Source: a bacterium
GTDB taxonomy: Bacteria; Patescibacteriota; Minisyncoccia; UBA6257; UBA9933
Reading direction: 5' to 3'
Assembly (NCBI GenBank): GCA_021796335.1
Contig: JAJYHZ010000001.1
Location: 144,360-208,359, forward strand
DNA length: 64,000 bases
Under the pieces are notes generated by a model. That model was not told where the DNA came from. It made no database searches and worked only from the letters and a program-made list of their open reading frames with translations. Position numbers and translations under genes: made by a program. Below are positions 19,439 through 28,268 of this stretch, in pieces. How positions within the stretch are numbered: position 1 is the first letter of the stretch; each line of letters starts with the position of its first letter.

Positions 19439-21184
19439 ATGACTCCTACCGAGCAAATAAAGGAAAAAATCGATATAGTGGACTTTATAAAGGGGTATAT
19501 TGAATTAAGGCCGGCCGGAAAGTATTTCAAGGCGAATTGCCCGTTTCATCAGGAAAAGACGCCGTCTTTTATAGTTTCGCCTGACAGGCAAACTTGGCAC
19601 TGCTTCGGGTCATGCGGCGAAGGCGGCGATATTTTCAAATTTTTAATGAAATACGAAAATATTGAGTTTTACGAAGCTTTAAAAATTCTGGCCGAAAAAG
19701 CCGGGATTGAGCTTAAAAAAATCAGTCCCGTCGATCAAAAGCAATTCGGAATTTTATACGATATAAACAATTCCGCCAAAGATTTTTTTAAAAAAAAATT
19801 GCTCGCAAATAGTCGCGTTAAAAAATATTTGGAAGAGCGTGGTCTTAAAGATAAGGCCATTAATGAATTTGAGATCGGATTCGCACCGCAAGCTTATGAA
19901 GAGCTCACGCTGGATTTGATTAATTTGGGTTATGACATCAAAGATATCGAAAGAGCTGGATTGAATTTTAAAAGTGAAAAAGGAAATTATATCGATAGAT
20001 TTCGCGGCCGAATAATGTTTCCAATTTTCAATCATTTCGGGAAAATTGTCGGATTCAGCGGAAGAATCATGCCGGAATATGACAATGGCGAAACCGGAAA
20101 ATACATCAACAGTCCTGAAACCGCAATTTACAACAAATCGAAAATTCTATACGGATTCCATAAAGCGAAAAACTTTATTCGTCAGGAAAATCAGGCGCTT
20201 TTGGTCGAAGGTCAGATGGACTTCCTAATGAGTTATCAGGACGGAGTCAAAAATGCGGTCGCTACCTCGGGAACCGCTTTAACCGAAGATCATCTTCGCG
20301 CTCTTCGCCGCCAAACCGATAATCTTATTTTTTCTTTTGACAGCGATGAGGCCGGTTTAAAGGCTGCCGAAAGAAGTATTGATTTGGCCGACAATTTGGA
20401 TTTTAATGTTAAAATCCTGACTTTACAGGACAGTAAAGATCCGGCTGAAACTGTTTTAAAACACCCGGGTTTAATGGTTGATTTAGTAAAAAAGTCCAAA
20501 CCCGTAATGGAATTTTATTTCGATCGTTATATAAATAACAAGCAGCCCGCTGGCTCAAGCGGAAAACCGGATATTGGCGAGTTTAAAAAAAATCTTCGCA
20601 TTGTCCTCTATAAAATTAAAAACTTAATAAGCCCAATTGAACGCGATTATTGGATAAAAGAACTTTCGTTATTGGTAAATATAGGCGAACAAGTTCTTGT
20701 CCAGGAAATGACGCAATTGTCCGAAATAAAAAAAGAAAATCGGACAGAAAAAAATTTAATAAACAATCAATTGCAAATCACCGCTCCGACCAGGCGGGAT
20801 TTGATCGGCGAAAGGCTGATCGCCTTAACTATTATTAAGGATTCTTTAAAAAACAAAATGGAAGAATATTTCCAATATTTGCCTGAAAAATTCCAAAAAA
20901 TATTTAATTATTGCAGTAAAAAAGAGCCGTCGGATGATTCCGAAATTGCGCGATTAGCCGATGATCTTGTTTTACGCTCCAGTCTGGAAATCGAAAAAAC
21001 AGATATGGAGAAAATTGATGAAGAATTCTCCGATCTTCTAAAACAATTAAGAAGCGAATCATTAAAGGAAAAAAGGAATGAATTAATGCGTGCAATAAAA
21101 GAGGCGGAAAGGAAAAAAGATGAACAAAAATTAAGCGAAGTTCTGAAACAATTTGACGAATTGTCAAAATTGCTTCAGAATTAG
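19439..21184 (+). CDS. dnaG: DNA primase DnaG
   Basis: CHC2 zinc finger (CPFHQEKTPSF...WHCFGCGEGGD) and TOPRIM (LVEGQMDFL...DSDEAG). Confidence 0.92.
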   Translation: MTPTEQIKEKIDIVDFIKGYIELRPAGKYFKANCPFHQEKTPSFIVSPDRQTWHCFGSCGEGGDIFKFLMKYENIEFYEALKILAEKAGIELKKISPVDQKQFGILYDINNSAKDFFKKKLLANSRVKKYLEERGLKDKAINEFEIGFAPQAYEELTLDLINLGYDIKDIERAGLNFKSEKGNYIDRFRGRIMFPIFNHFGKIVGFSGRIMPEYDNGETGKYINSPETAIYNKSKILYGFHKAKNFIRQENQALLVEGQMDFLMSYQDGVKNAVATSGTALTEDHLRALRRQTDNLIFSFDSDEAGLKAAERSIDLADNLDFNVKILTLQDSKDPAETVLKHPGLMVDLVKKSKPVMEFYFDRYINNKQPAGSSGKPDIGEFKKNLRIVLYKIKNLISPIERDYWIKELSLLVNIGEQVLVQEMTQLSEIKKENRTEKNLINNQLQITAPTRRDLIGERLIALTIIKDSLKNKMEEYFQYLPEKFQKIFNYCSKKEPSDDSEIARLADDLVLRSSLEIEKTDMEKIDEEFSDLLKQLRSESLKEKRNELMRAIKEAERKKDEQKLSEVLKQFDELSKLLQN

Positions 21185-21202
21185 CAGCATACCAAAAATC
21201 TT

Positions 21203-22459
21203 ATGGCGAAAAATAAAAAGAAGGAAATCATAAAAACGGCTAGTAAAAAAGGAATAAAAAGATCTCCGAAAACAAGCAAAAAAACCACCAAAAAAACAAA
21301 AAAACCCGTTAAGCGCGGTAAGGCTGTTAAGGCGGCAAAACCGAAAAAACAAGCGAAAAAAACCGCTGTTGAAAAAGAACTGACCGGAGTCGACAAGGAA
21401 ACCGTCGATGAACTGGTTCAAAGAGGAAAATCCCGCGGTTTTGTTACTGATACTGAAATTCTTCATTATTTCCCGAAAATTGAGGATGATATTTCTCAGC
21501 TCGAAGAGATTTACGATTATCTTGAAAAAAATAATATTAAAGTTATCGAAACCGCTGCCTTAATCGAACTTCCATCAGAGGAAGCCTCCAAAAAAGAATT
21601 AGAAGAAACGGCTTTATTAAATATAGAAGAACATCCCGACACCGTTCAGCTTTATTTAAAAGAAATTGGGCGATATTCTTTGCTTACCGGAGATGAAGAA
21701 AAAGATTTAGCCAAAAGAGCGGAAAAAAACGATGAAGCGGCCCGCCAGAGACTGATTCAGGCTAATTTAAGGCTTGTAGTTTCCATCGCGAAACGATACG
21801 CCTATCGCACAAGCCAGATGGGAATTTTGGACTTAATTCAAGAGGGAAATATAGGTTTATCTAAAGCGGTTGATAAATTTGACTATCGAAAAGGCTTTAA
21901 GTTTTCAACTTACGCAACCTGGTGGATTCGTCAGGCCATTACCCGCGCCCTGGCCGACCAGTCTAGGACCGTTCGAATTCCGGTTCACATGATTGAAAAT
22001 ATCTCGAAATATACCCAGGTTAAAAGGCGATTGATGCAAGAGCTCGGCCGCGAACCGTTGGCCGAGGAAATAGCTATTGAAATGGGAACGACTGTTGATA
22101 AAGTTTATAATCTTCAAAAAATTTCCCAGGAAGTTATTTCGCTTGAGGCTCCATTGGTTGAAGATAATGATGAGGCAACATTGTCCGATTTGATTCCGGA
22201 TGATAAGAATCTTTCTCCGGTTCAATCTTCCGAATTGGCGCTTTTAAAAGAAAAAATTCGTGAAATTTTAATCGATCTTACTCCTCGCGAGCAGGAAATT
22301 TTGAAATTGCGATTCGGTCTAGGTGATGGGATTACTCATACACTTGAAGAAGTCGGCAAAAAATTCGGCGTTACCCGCGAACGTATCAGACAGATTGAGG
22401 CAAAGGCATTGGAAAAAATCAAAACCCACGGCAAGGCCCGCGAATTGGAACAATACTAA
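21203..22459 (+). CDS. rpoD: RNA polymerase sigma-70 factor RpoD with a lysine-rich N-terminal tail
   Basis: Region 2 ([13 protein letters not shown]) and region 4 ([19 protein letters not shown]); first ~55 aa are K-rich. Confidence 0.92.
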   Translation: MAKNKKKEIIKTASKKGIKRSPKTSKKTTKKTKKPVKRGKAVKAAKPKKQAKKTAVEKELTGVDKETVDELVQRGKSRGFVTDTEILHYFPKIEDDISQLEEIYDYLEKNNIKVIETAALIELPSEEASKKELEETALLNIEEHPDTVQLYLKEIGRYSLLTGDEEKDLAKRAEKNDEAARQRLIQANLRLVVSIAKRYAYRTSQMGILDLIQEGNIGLSKAVDKFDYRKGFKFSTYATWWIRQAITRALADQSRTVRIPVHMIENISKYTQVKRRLMQELGREPLAEEIAIEMGTTVDKVYNLQKISQEVISLEAPLVEDNDEATLSDLIPDDKNLSPVQSSELALLKEKIREILIDLTPREQEILKLRFGLGDGITHTLEEVGKKFGVTRERIRQIEAKALEKIKTHGKARELEQY

Positions 22460-22537
22460 AAATAGTTGTCCGTTCGCAATTTTTTTGAATTTTTTAAACT
22501 ATAAACTAAAATCTAATAACTAAAAAACTATTCTATA

Positions 22538-24460
22538 ATGACAGCACAGGAACTTCGAAAAAAATATTTGGATTTTTTTAAATCCAAAGGTCATACAATT
22601 ATCCCGTCCGCATCTTTAGTTCCGGCTGAAACCGATGCCTCGGTGCTTTTTACGACTGCAGGAATGCATCCCTTGGTGCCGTTTTTATTGGGAGAACCGC
22701 ATCCGGGCGGTAAACGTGTTGTAAACGTTCAAAAATGCGTTAGGACGGGGGATATTGATGATGTCGGAGATAATCGCCATCTTACATTTTTTGAGATGAT
22801 GGGAAATTGGAGCTTTGGCGATTACTTCAAAAAAGAAGCTATTGAATGGAGTTTTGAATTTCTAACCGGTAAAGAATGGCTTAATTTAGATCCGAAAAGA
22901 ATCTATGTGACTGTTTTTAAGGGTTATCCATCGACAAACTCAGAACAAGGAATTCCTCGCGATGAAGAGGCGATTAAAATCTGGCAAGAAACTTTTTCTA
23001 ATTCTAAAATTGGAATAAATGCGGAAATCGCCGACGATGATGGAATTATTAAAAATAATATTCGAATTATTCCTTTGGGATTGGATGATAATTTTTGGAT
23101 CGCCGGCGCAACTGGTCCGTGCGGAGGAGACACGGAAATGTTCTATGACACACGTCCGTCCAAGGGGAAAATTGACGGACAAAAATTTTCCGATCTGGTC
23201 GACAGCTTCCGTCTGATCGAAGTTTGGAACGATGTTTTTATGGAATTTGAAAAGAAAGCGGGCGGATCGGTGGAAAAATTGGCACAGCAAAATGTGGATA
23301 CCGGAATGGGTGTAGAAAGAACGCTGGCAATTTTAAATGATAAAGAATCAGTCTTTGATACCGAATTATTTCAGCCGATTTTTGAAAAAATTTCCGAAAT
23401 TTCTGATAAAAAATATGAGGGCAATGAAAATTCTTTCAGAATTATTGCCGATCACATAAAATCCGCAACGTTTATGATTTCCGATGGAGTTGAACCAAGT
23501 AATGTTATGCGCGGCTATGTTTTGCGCCGTTTAATTCGCCGCGCTATTCGATACGGAAAGGTTCTAGGAATTGATAATAATTTCACACAGCAAATTTCCG
23601 AAACCGTTATTGAAATGTATAAAACTCCATATTCGGAATTAGAAAAAAATAAAGATAAAATTTTAGAATCTTTAGGAAAAGAGGAAGATAAATTTCGTGA
23701 AACTTTAGAAAAGGGATTAAAAATACTTGAGAAAGAAATCAGGCAACTTTCTTGGAGTGGAGAAAAAGCTCACGACGTGAATGGAATATCAATTTTGGAT
23801 TCAATACCAATCTGGCGAATGAAAAAAAGTAAGGAGAAATTTCCAGGAAAAATCGTTTTTGATTTGTATCAGACTTACGGTTTTCCGCTCGAAATTACTA
23901 AAGAGGAGCTTCAAAAGCAAAACATAGAAATCGACGAAAAAGGTTTTCAAGAAGAATTTCAAAAACATCAGGAGCTTTCCCGCACAGCTTCAGGCGGAGT
24001 TTTTAAGGGTGGATTACAAAGTCAGGACAAGCAAACCACAAAACTTCATACGGCAACCCATTTATTACAAGCCGCTTTACGCGAAGTTTTGGGGCCTCAT
24101 GTTTTCCAAAAAGGAAGTAATATTACGGCGGAAAGATTGCGTTTTGATTTTTCCCATCACGAAAAAATGACTCCGGAACAGATCGAAAAAATCGAGAATT
24201 TAGTTAATGAAAAAATTCGCGAAAGTATTTTTGTTATTTGCAAAGAAACGGACGTTGAAACAGCCAAGAAAGAAGGCGCGATAGGCGTATTTGAGTCTAA
24301 ATACAGCGAAAAAGTAAAAGTTTATTCCGTCGGTGAATTTTCAAAAGAAATCTGCGGCGGACCTCATGTCCAAAACACTTCCGAGCTTGGCCATTTTAAA
24401 ATATTAAAAGAGGAAGCGGTCAGCGCCGGTGTTCGCCGCATAAAGGCGATTTTGGAATAA
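22538..24460 (+). CDS. alaS: Alanyl-tRNA synthetase, short form (catalytic + tRNA-recognition + editing domains, no C-Ala domain)
   Basis: N-terminal AlaRS class II motifs (FTTAGMHP, WSFGDYFK), editing-site HxxxH/CxxxH (HTATHLLQ ... CGGPH); only 640 aa. Confidence 0.88.
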   Translation: MTAQELRKKYLDFFKSKGHTIIPSASLVPAETDASVLFTTAGMHPLVPFLLGEPHPGGKRVVNVQKCVRTGDIDDVGDNRHLTFFEMMGNWSFGDYFKKEAIEWSFEFLTGKEWLNLDPKRIYVTVFKGYPSTNSEQGIPRDEEAIKIWQETFSNSKIGINAEIADDDGIIKNNIRIIPLGLDDNFWIAGATGPCGGDTEMFYDTRPSKGKIDGQKFSDLVDSFRLIEVWNDVFMEFEKKAGGSVEKLAQQNVDTGMGVERTLAILNDKESVFDTELFQPIFEKISEISDKKYEGNENSFRIIADHIKSATFMISDGVEPSNVMRGYVLRRLIRRAIRYGKVLGIDNNFTQQISETVIEMYKTPYSELEKNKDKILESLGKEEDKFRETLEKGLKILEKEIRQLSWSGEKAHDVNGISILDSIPIWRMKKSKEKFPGKIVFDLYQTYGFPLEITKEELQKQNIEIDEKGFQEEFQKHQELSRTASGGVFKGGLQSQDKQTTKLHTATHLLQAALREVLGPHVFQKGSNITAERLRFDFSHHEKMTPEQIEKIENLVNEKIRESIFVICKETDVETAKKEGAIGVFESKYSEKVKVYSVGEFSKEICGGPHVQNTSELGHFKILKEEAVSAGVRRIKAILE

Positions 24461-24461
24461 A

Positions 24462-25178
24462 TCAATTCAATTTCCTTCTATTTTTCTTCGGCAGTGTTAT
24501 TATCGTAGTTTCTTGTCCCACGCCTGGAGCCGCTTCGCTTCGTTTTTTCGCTTCACGGACAACTTGTTCGACGCGTTTTGCCGGAAATGTTTTTTTATAC
24601 CCGGATCCGATTAGATAATACATGGCATGCGCCGCACCGCTTCCTACGGCGACATATCCTAATTCATCGTGCGATGTTGAAATTCCTGGATGGGTTATGC
24701 TGTATATGTGGCAATTCCCGCCGGGGTTGCTTCCCGCAACTATCATTTCGACGCCTATACTGAATGAATCCAATTCATGTTCGATTTTATTGACGACTCC
24801 CGGAAATAATTTTTGCTGTATATCATAATAAGAGTTCAAATTCAAACCTCTTGGCTCTAAAAATGTTTTGGAGAACAAATTTCGCCTGTAATCCTGATAA
24901 ATTTTTCTTGTGCGCTCGACAACGTATTCCGTGCGTCGATGTTCCGGTTTGACATTCGCATCGGATCTGATATCTCTGATAAGCTGATCGACTATTTCAA
25001 AGGCATGCAAAGTATTGCCCGCCGTTAAAATTGCGATATTTTCGGTGGGGAAATATATTTTTCGGACGTCTTCCGTTTCAAATTCATAAGCGATTGGAAT
25101 TGTGGCGGTTATCATCTGATCTGCGGCTAAGATTATTTTTTTCTTGTCTTCTGCTAAGGCGGCGATACAGATGGTCAT
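24462..25178 (-). CDS. Proteasome beta-subunit-like Ntn hydrolase (HslV/Anbu-like)
   Basis: N-terminal Thr directly after Met (MTICIAAL...ILAADQMIT) and a GSGAAHAMYYL motif matching the proteasome/HslV fold; ~238 aa; GC-richer than its neighbours. Confidence 0.55.
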   Translation of the reverse strand: MTICIAALAEDKKKIILAADQMITATIPIAYEFETEDVRKIYFPTENIAILTAGNTLHAFEIVDQLIRDIRSDANVKPEHRRTEYVVERTRKIYQDYRRNLFSKTFLEPRGLNLNSYYDIQQKLFPGVVNKIEHELDSFSIGVEMIVAGSNPGGNCHIYSITHPGISTSHDELGYVAVGSGAAHAMYYLIGSGYKKTFPAKRVEQVVREAKKRSEAAPGVGQETTIITLPKKNRRKLN

Positions 25179-25286
25179 ATATTAATTTTACTACAAACCG
25201 AGAATTTAATGAAAAATTACCGAATTTTTCTATTTACATAAAACTAAATTCATGTATAATAAAACTGTTCCAAAATTGAATAATAT

Positions 25287-25359
25287 TCCCCGGTAGCTCA
25301 GCTGGTAGAGCGGCTCGCTGTTAACGAGATGGTCGTAGGTTCGAATCCTACCCGGGGAG
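25287..25359 (+). tRNA. tRNA-Asn (anticodon GTT)
   Basis: Cloverleaf folded by hand: 7-bp acceptor tccccgg/ccgggga, D-arm tagctcagctggtagagc, anticodon loop cuGUUaa, T-arm gtagg-ttcgaat-cctac. No encoded CCA. Confidence 0.85.
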
Positions 25360-26821
25360 CATCTATAAAACTTAGGTCAGTTTCAGAAAAATTCAGCCGC
25401 GCTTCGCGGAGCGAAGCGTAAGGTTTTGTGGGGGTAAATTCGACACGACGGTTTTTGAGAAAGAGGTTCGAGCCGAAAATTTTTCGGAGGGAGGTCTTTT
25501 TGGCATTTATGTCGTCATTGATTGCGACTTTCGCAAGCAATGACGCGTCTTTTATCCAGTTTCGCATCGGTTCGAGCCACGGGCACTGGCCTCTTTGCGA
25601 TCTCGCCAAAACCTCCTCCAGCGATTTCTTCTCCGACATGAGGGTTTTCTTGCGGGCAAGGTAGGTGTCGTGGTCGATTTCCTGATCCACAAAGAGGTCG
25701 GTGATCCGGTCTATCTTCTGGCGTACGTCGTCGATCTTCTCCTGTAAGCCCCTGACGAGGGTTGCCATCGTGCGGGAGGCGTCTTTTTCGTCTTCGTCCG
25801 CGAGCCGCGACATCTCTCTAGCCCACGCCTCCGGCATGACGTACTGCGTGAGCAGTTCGGAGAGGTCGGCGACAAGAGTTTCTTCCCTGATATATGGTTG
25901 CGAACAGCGGGTCGCCGCTTTTTTGGTACAGCGGTAATAGATATGGCCCTTCTGTTCTTCAGCGGTGATCATGCACCCACACTCGCCGCACCGGAGCAAG
26001 CCGCATAGCGGCTTCGGTTCTTTGTCCGTCTTCTGCGGGTGTCCCCGCCTCTCGATCACGGACTGCACTTTGTCGAACAATGCCTTGCTGATGAGCGGCG
26101 TATGCCTGCCCTCGTATATCTCCCCGCCATAGCGGAAATGACCGTAGTAAAAGGGGTTGGTGAGAATGAATTTTATTTGATCTTTATGGAGCGGATTGCC
26201 GTGCCAACTTTTCACGCCGTTATCAAAGAGAAATTTGGAAATGTCTTCGTAACGAGAGTTGCCTTTGGCGTACAGCTCGATGGCGGCGATAACCGCTTTG
26301 CTTTTCTTCCGGTCAATCACGATGGTCTTCGCTCGCACGTCGTTCAGATATCCCACGGGTGCGGTTCCGGGGAATATTCCCATCCGCGCCTTCTGCCGCA
26401 GCCCTCGGCTCGTATTGGAACTAAGATCGCGGATGAACTGGTTGGCCATGCCAAACTCGACGGACATGAGAAGCACGTTGTCCGGCGGATAGTAACTCTT
26501 TTCGGGCGTGGCGATACGCTGAATAGTTCCCTGTTGGAGCAACCAGCGCACAAGTCCGTCGTCCACCGGATTTCTCGCCAGTCGATCCAGCTTCCAGCAG
26601 ATGACGCCCTGTGCCTCGCCCCGTTGGATACGGTTCATCATATCGTTGAATATCGGGCGTCCGGGCACTTTTGCCGTCCGGCTCTCGGTAAACTCGGTCA
26701 AAATCTCCAACCCTTCGCTTTTTGCAAGCGAGCGTAGTTCCTGTAACTGGCCTTCAATGGAGAGAACCTGCTTGTCCTCGACATCGGTGGATTTTCGGGC
26801 GTAGAGGAAGTAATTGGCCAT
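25298..26821 (-). CDS. Large serine recombinase A (resolvase catalytic domain + recombinase domain + zinc ribbon + coiled coil)
   Basis: YARKSTDVEDKQVLSIEGQ catalytic Ser region, CGLLRCGECGC...YYRC zinc ribbon. Start chosen at MANYFLY (26821). The reading frame runs through IR1-L and antisense through the tRNA, so the true C-terminus is uncertain. GC-rich. Confidence 0.8.
   Translation of the reverse strand: MANYFLYARKSTDVEDKQVLSIEGQLQELRSLAKSEGLEILTEFTESRTAKVPGRPIFNDMMNRIQRGEAQGVICWKLDRLARNPVDDGLVRWLLQQGTIQRIATPEKSYYPPDNVLLMSVEFGMANQFIRDLSSNTSRGLRQKARMGIFPGTAPVGYLNDVRAKTIVIDRKKSKAVIAAIELYAKGNSRYEDISKFLFDNGVKSWHGNPLHKDQIKFILTNPFYYGHFRYGGEIYEGRHTPLISKALFDKVQSVIERRGHPQKTDKEPKPLCGLLRCGECGCMITAEEQKGHIYYRCTKKAATRCSQPYIREETLVADLSELLTQYVMPEAWAREMSRLADEDEKDASRTMATLVRGLQEKIDDVRQKIDRITDLFVDQEIDHDTYLARKKTLMSEKKSLEEVLARSQRGQCPWLEPMRNWIKDASLLAKVAINDDINAKKTSLRKIFGSNLFLKNRRVEFTPTKPYASLREARLNFSETDLSFIDAPRVGFEPTTISLTASRSTS
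25357..25472. repeat. IR1-L: left copy of a 116-bp perfect inverted repeat (starts within the last 3 nt of tRNA-Asn)
   Basis: Exact reverse complement of 29518-29633 by direct comparison; contains the GC hairpin cgcttcgcgg-agcgaagcg. Confidence 0.9.
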
Positions 26822-26880
26822 AGTATTATAATATATTGTAATACTACCATATAATATAACAAGCGATATACTTGTGAGTA

Positions 26881-27087
26881 ATGGGAGTTGAAGCCTCAAA
26901 ACTCGGCAAGAATTTAAAGCGTATCAGAATCGCAAAGGGCATAACACAAGGCGATATCGTCCGCAAACTCGGCGTGGGGCGAGGATTTATAAGCAACATC
27001 GAGAACGGTAAAGCTAACCCGACGCTCACAACAATTACAAAACTAGCAAAGGCGCTCGGTGTTCCTACGGATGAACTCTTAAAATAA
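26881..27087 (+). CDS. XRE-family helix-turn-helix transcriptional regulator
   Basis: LKRIRIAKGITQGDIVRKLGVGRGFISNIENGKANPTLTTITKLAKALGV is a classic HTH_XRE; divergent from recombinase A. Confidence 0.85.
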   Translation: MGVEASKLGKNLKRIRIAKGITQGDIVRKLGVGRGFISNIENGKANPTLTTITKLAKALGVPTDELLK

Positions 27088-27089
27088 TC

Positions 27090-28268
27090 ATGGCGAACAG
27101 CAATCTCACTAACGCGAAAAGGACAAAGAACGACGAGTTTTATACTCAGTACGACGATATTCAAAAAGAAATTGAGGCGTATTTGGAATACGACCCCGAT
27201 GTATTTCGCGGCAAAGTAGTGTATTGCAATTGCGACGATCCATTCGAGAGCAATTTCTTTCGCTATTTCGCGCTCAATTTCAACAAGCTCGGATTGAAAC
27301 AGCTTATCACCACGAGCTACAAACCCTCGCCCGTAGCCAACACGCAATTGGGATTGTTCGGCAATGATAAAACACTCACGAAATCAAAAGGCCGTCCCAA
27401 GATAACTGCCAACAAATTTATTATCAATGAAGTGCGCGACATAGACGACGATGGCGAGTTCAGCTTGATGGATGTTGCCAAGCGGTTAAAGACGAATAAA
27501 CACAACGAATGGACACCGCTAGAAGGCGACGGCGACTTCCGTAGCGATGAATCTATAAATCTGCTGAAACAATCCGACATCGTAGTAACAAATCCTCCAT
27601 TCAGTTTATTTCGCCAGTATATAAAACAACTCGTTGATTATGATAAAAAGTTTTTAATCATCGGCAACATAAACGCGATCACCTACAAAGAAGTATTCCC
27701 ATTGCTTAAAGGGAATAAGGTTTGGCTCGGCGAAAGTATCCATAGCGGCGATCGAGAATTTATAGTTCCACATTATATTTTCAAGGAAATCGGTAATTGG
27801 CGAACTGATGAAAATGGCGTTCATTACGCACGGGTTATGGGCGTTCGTTGGTTTACAAACCTAGACCATGGGAGACGGCACAAATCGTTACCGCTAATGA
27901 CGAAAGCAGAAATTATAAAATTCAGCACCAAAAAACCATTCGAGAGATATAATAACTATGATGCTATCGACGTGCCACTAGTAAAACATATTCCTAATGA
28001 TTATGAAGGCGTAATGGGCGTGCCAATCAGTTTTTTGGATAAATATAATCCTGACCAGTTTGAAATCGTTGGAATGTGTGAAAACGAAGACCTGTATAAA
28101 ATGAAAACGAGAATATATACAAGCGCAGAATGCAAACAAGCCTATTTAGATAAGTTTGGGAAAAAAGGAACCTATGATTTAAATGCAAGCGGAGTGGTTA
28201 TTAAGGACGGCCTACTAGAGAAGGTTTACCAAAGAATACTAATTAGACATAAGAAAAAAATAAAATGA
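27090..28268 (+). CDS. DNA methyltransferase, amino-MTase class (N6-adenine or N4-cytosine), NPPF catalytic motif
   Basis: DIVVTNPPFSLF (motif IV) and an N-terminal DEFYTQ segment; start 3 nt after the XRE stop. Confidence 0.7.
   Translation: MANSNLTNAKRTKNDEFYTQYDDIQKEIEAYLEYDPDVFRGKVVYCNCDDPFESNFFRYFALNFNKLGLKQLITTSYKPSPVANTQLGLFGNDKTLTKSKGRPKITANKFIINEVRDIDDDGEFSLMDVAKRLKTNKHNEWTPLEGDGDFRSDESINLLKQSDIVVTNPPFSLFRQYIKQLVDYDKKFLIIGNINAITYKEVFPLLKGNKVWLGESIHSGDREFIVPHYIFKEIGNWRTDENGVHYARVMGVRWFTNLDHGRRHKSLPLMTKAEIIKFSTKKPFERYNNYDAIDVPLVKHIPNDYEGVMGVPISFLDKYNPDQFEIVGMCENEDLYKMKTRIYTSAECKQAYLDKFGKKGTYDLNASGVVIKDGLLEKVYQRILIRHKKKIK

Noticed and set aside
25428-26804. Plus-strand ORFs (25428-25664, 25701-25937, 26039-26737, 26259-26492, 26601-26804) inside recombinase A
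   Set aside because: The GC-rich recombinase gene lacks stops on the opposite strand. There are no recognisable domains. 25428 and 29270 share the MGVNSTRRFLRKRFE N-terminus only because both lie in the IR1 copies.
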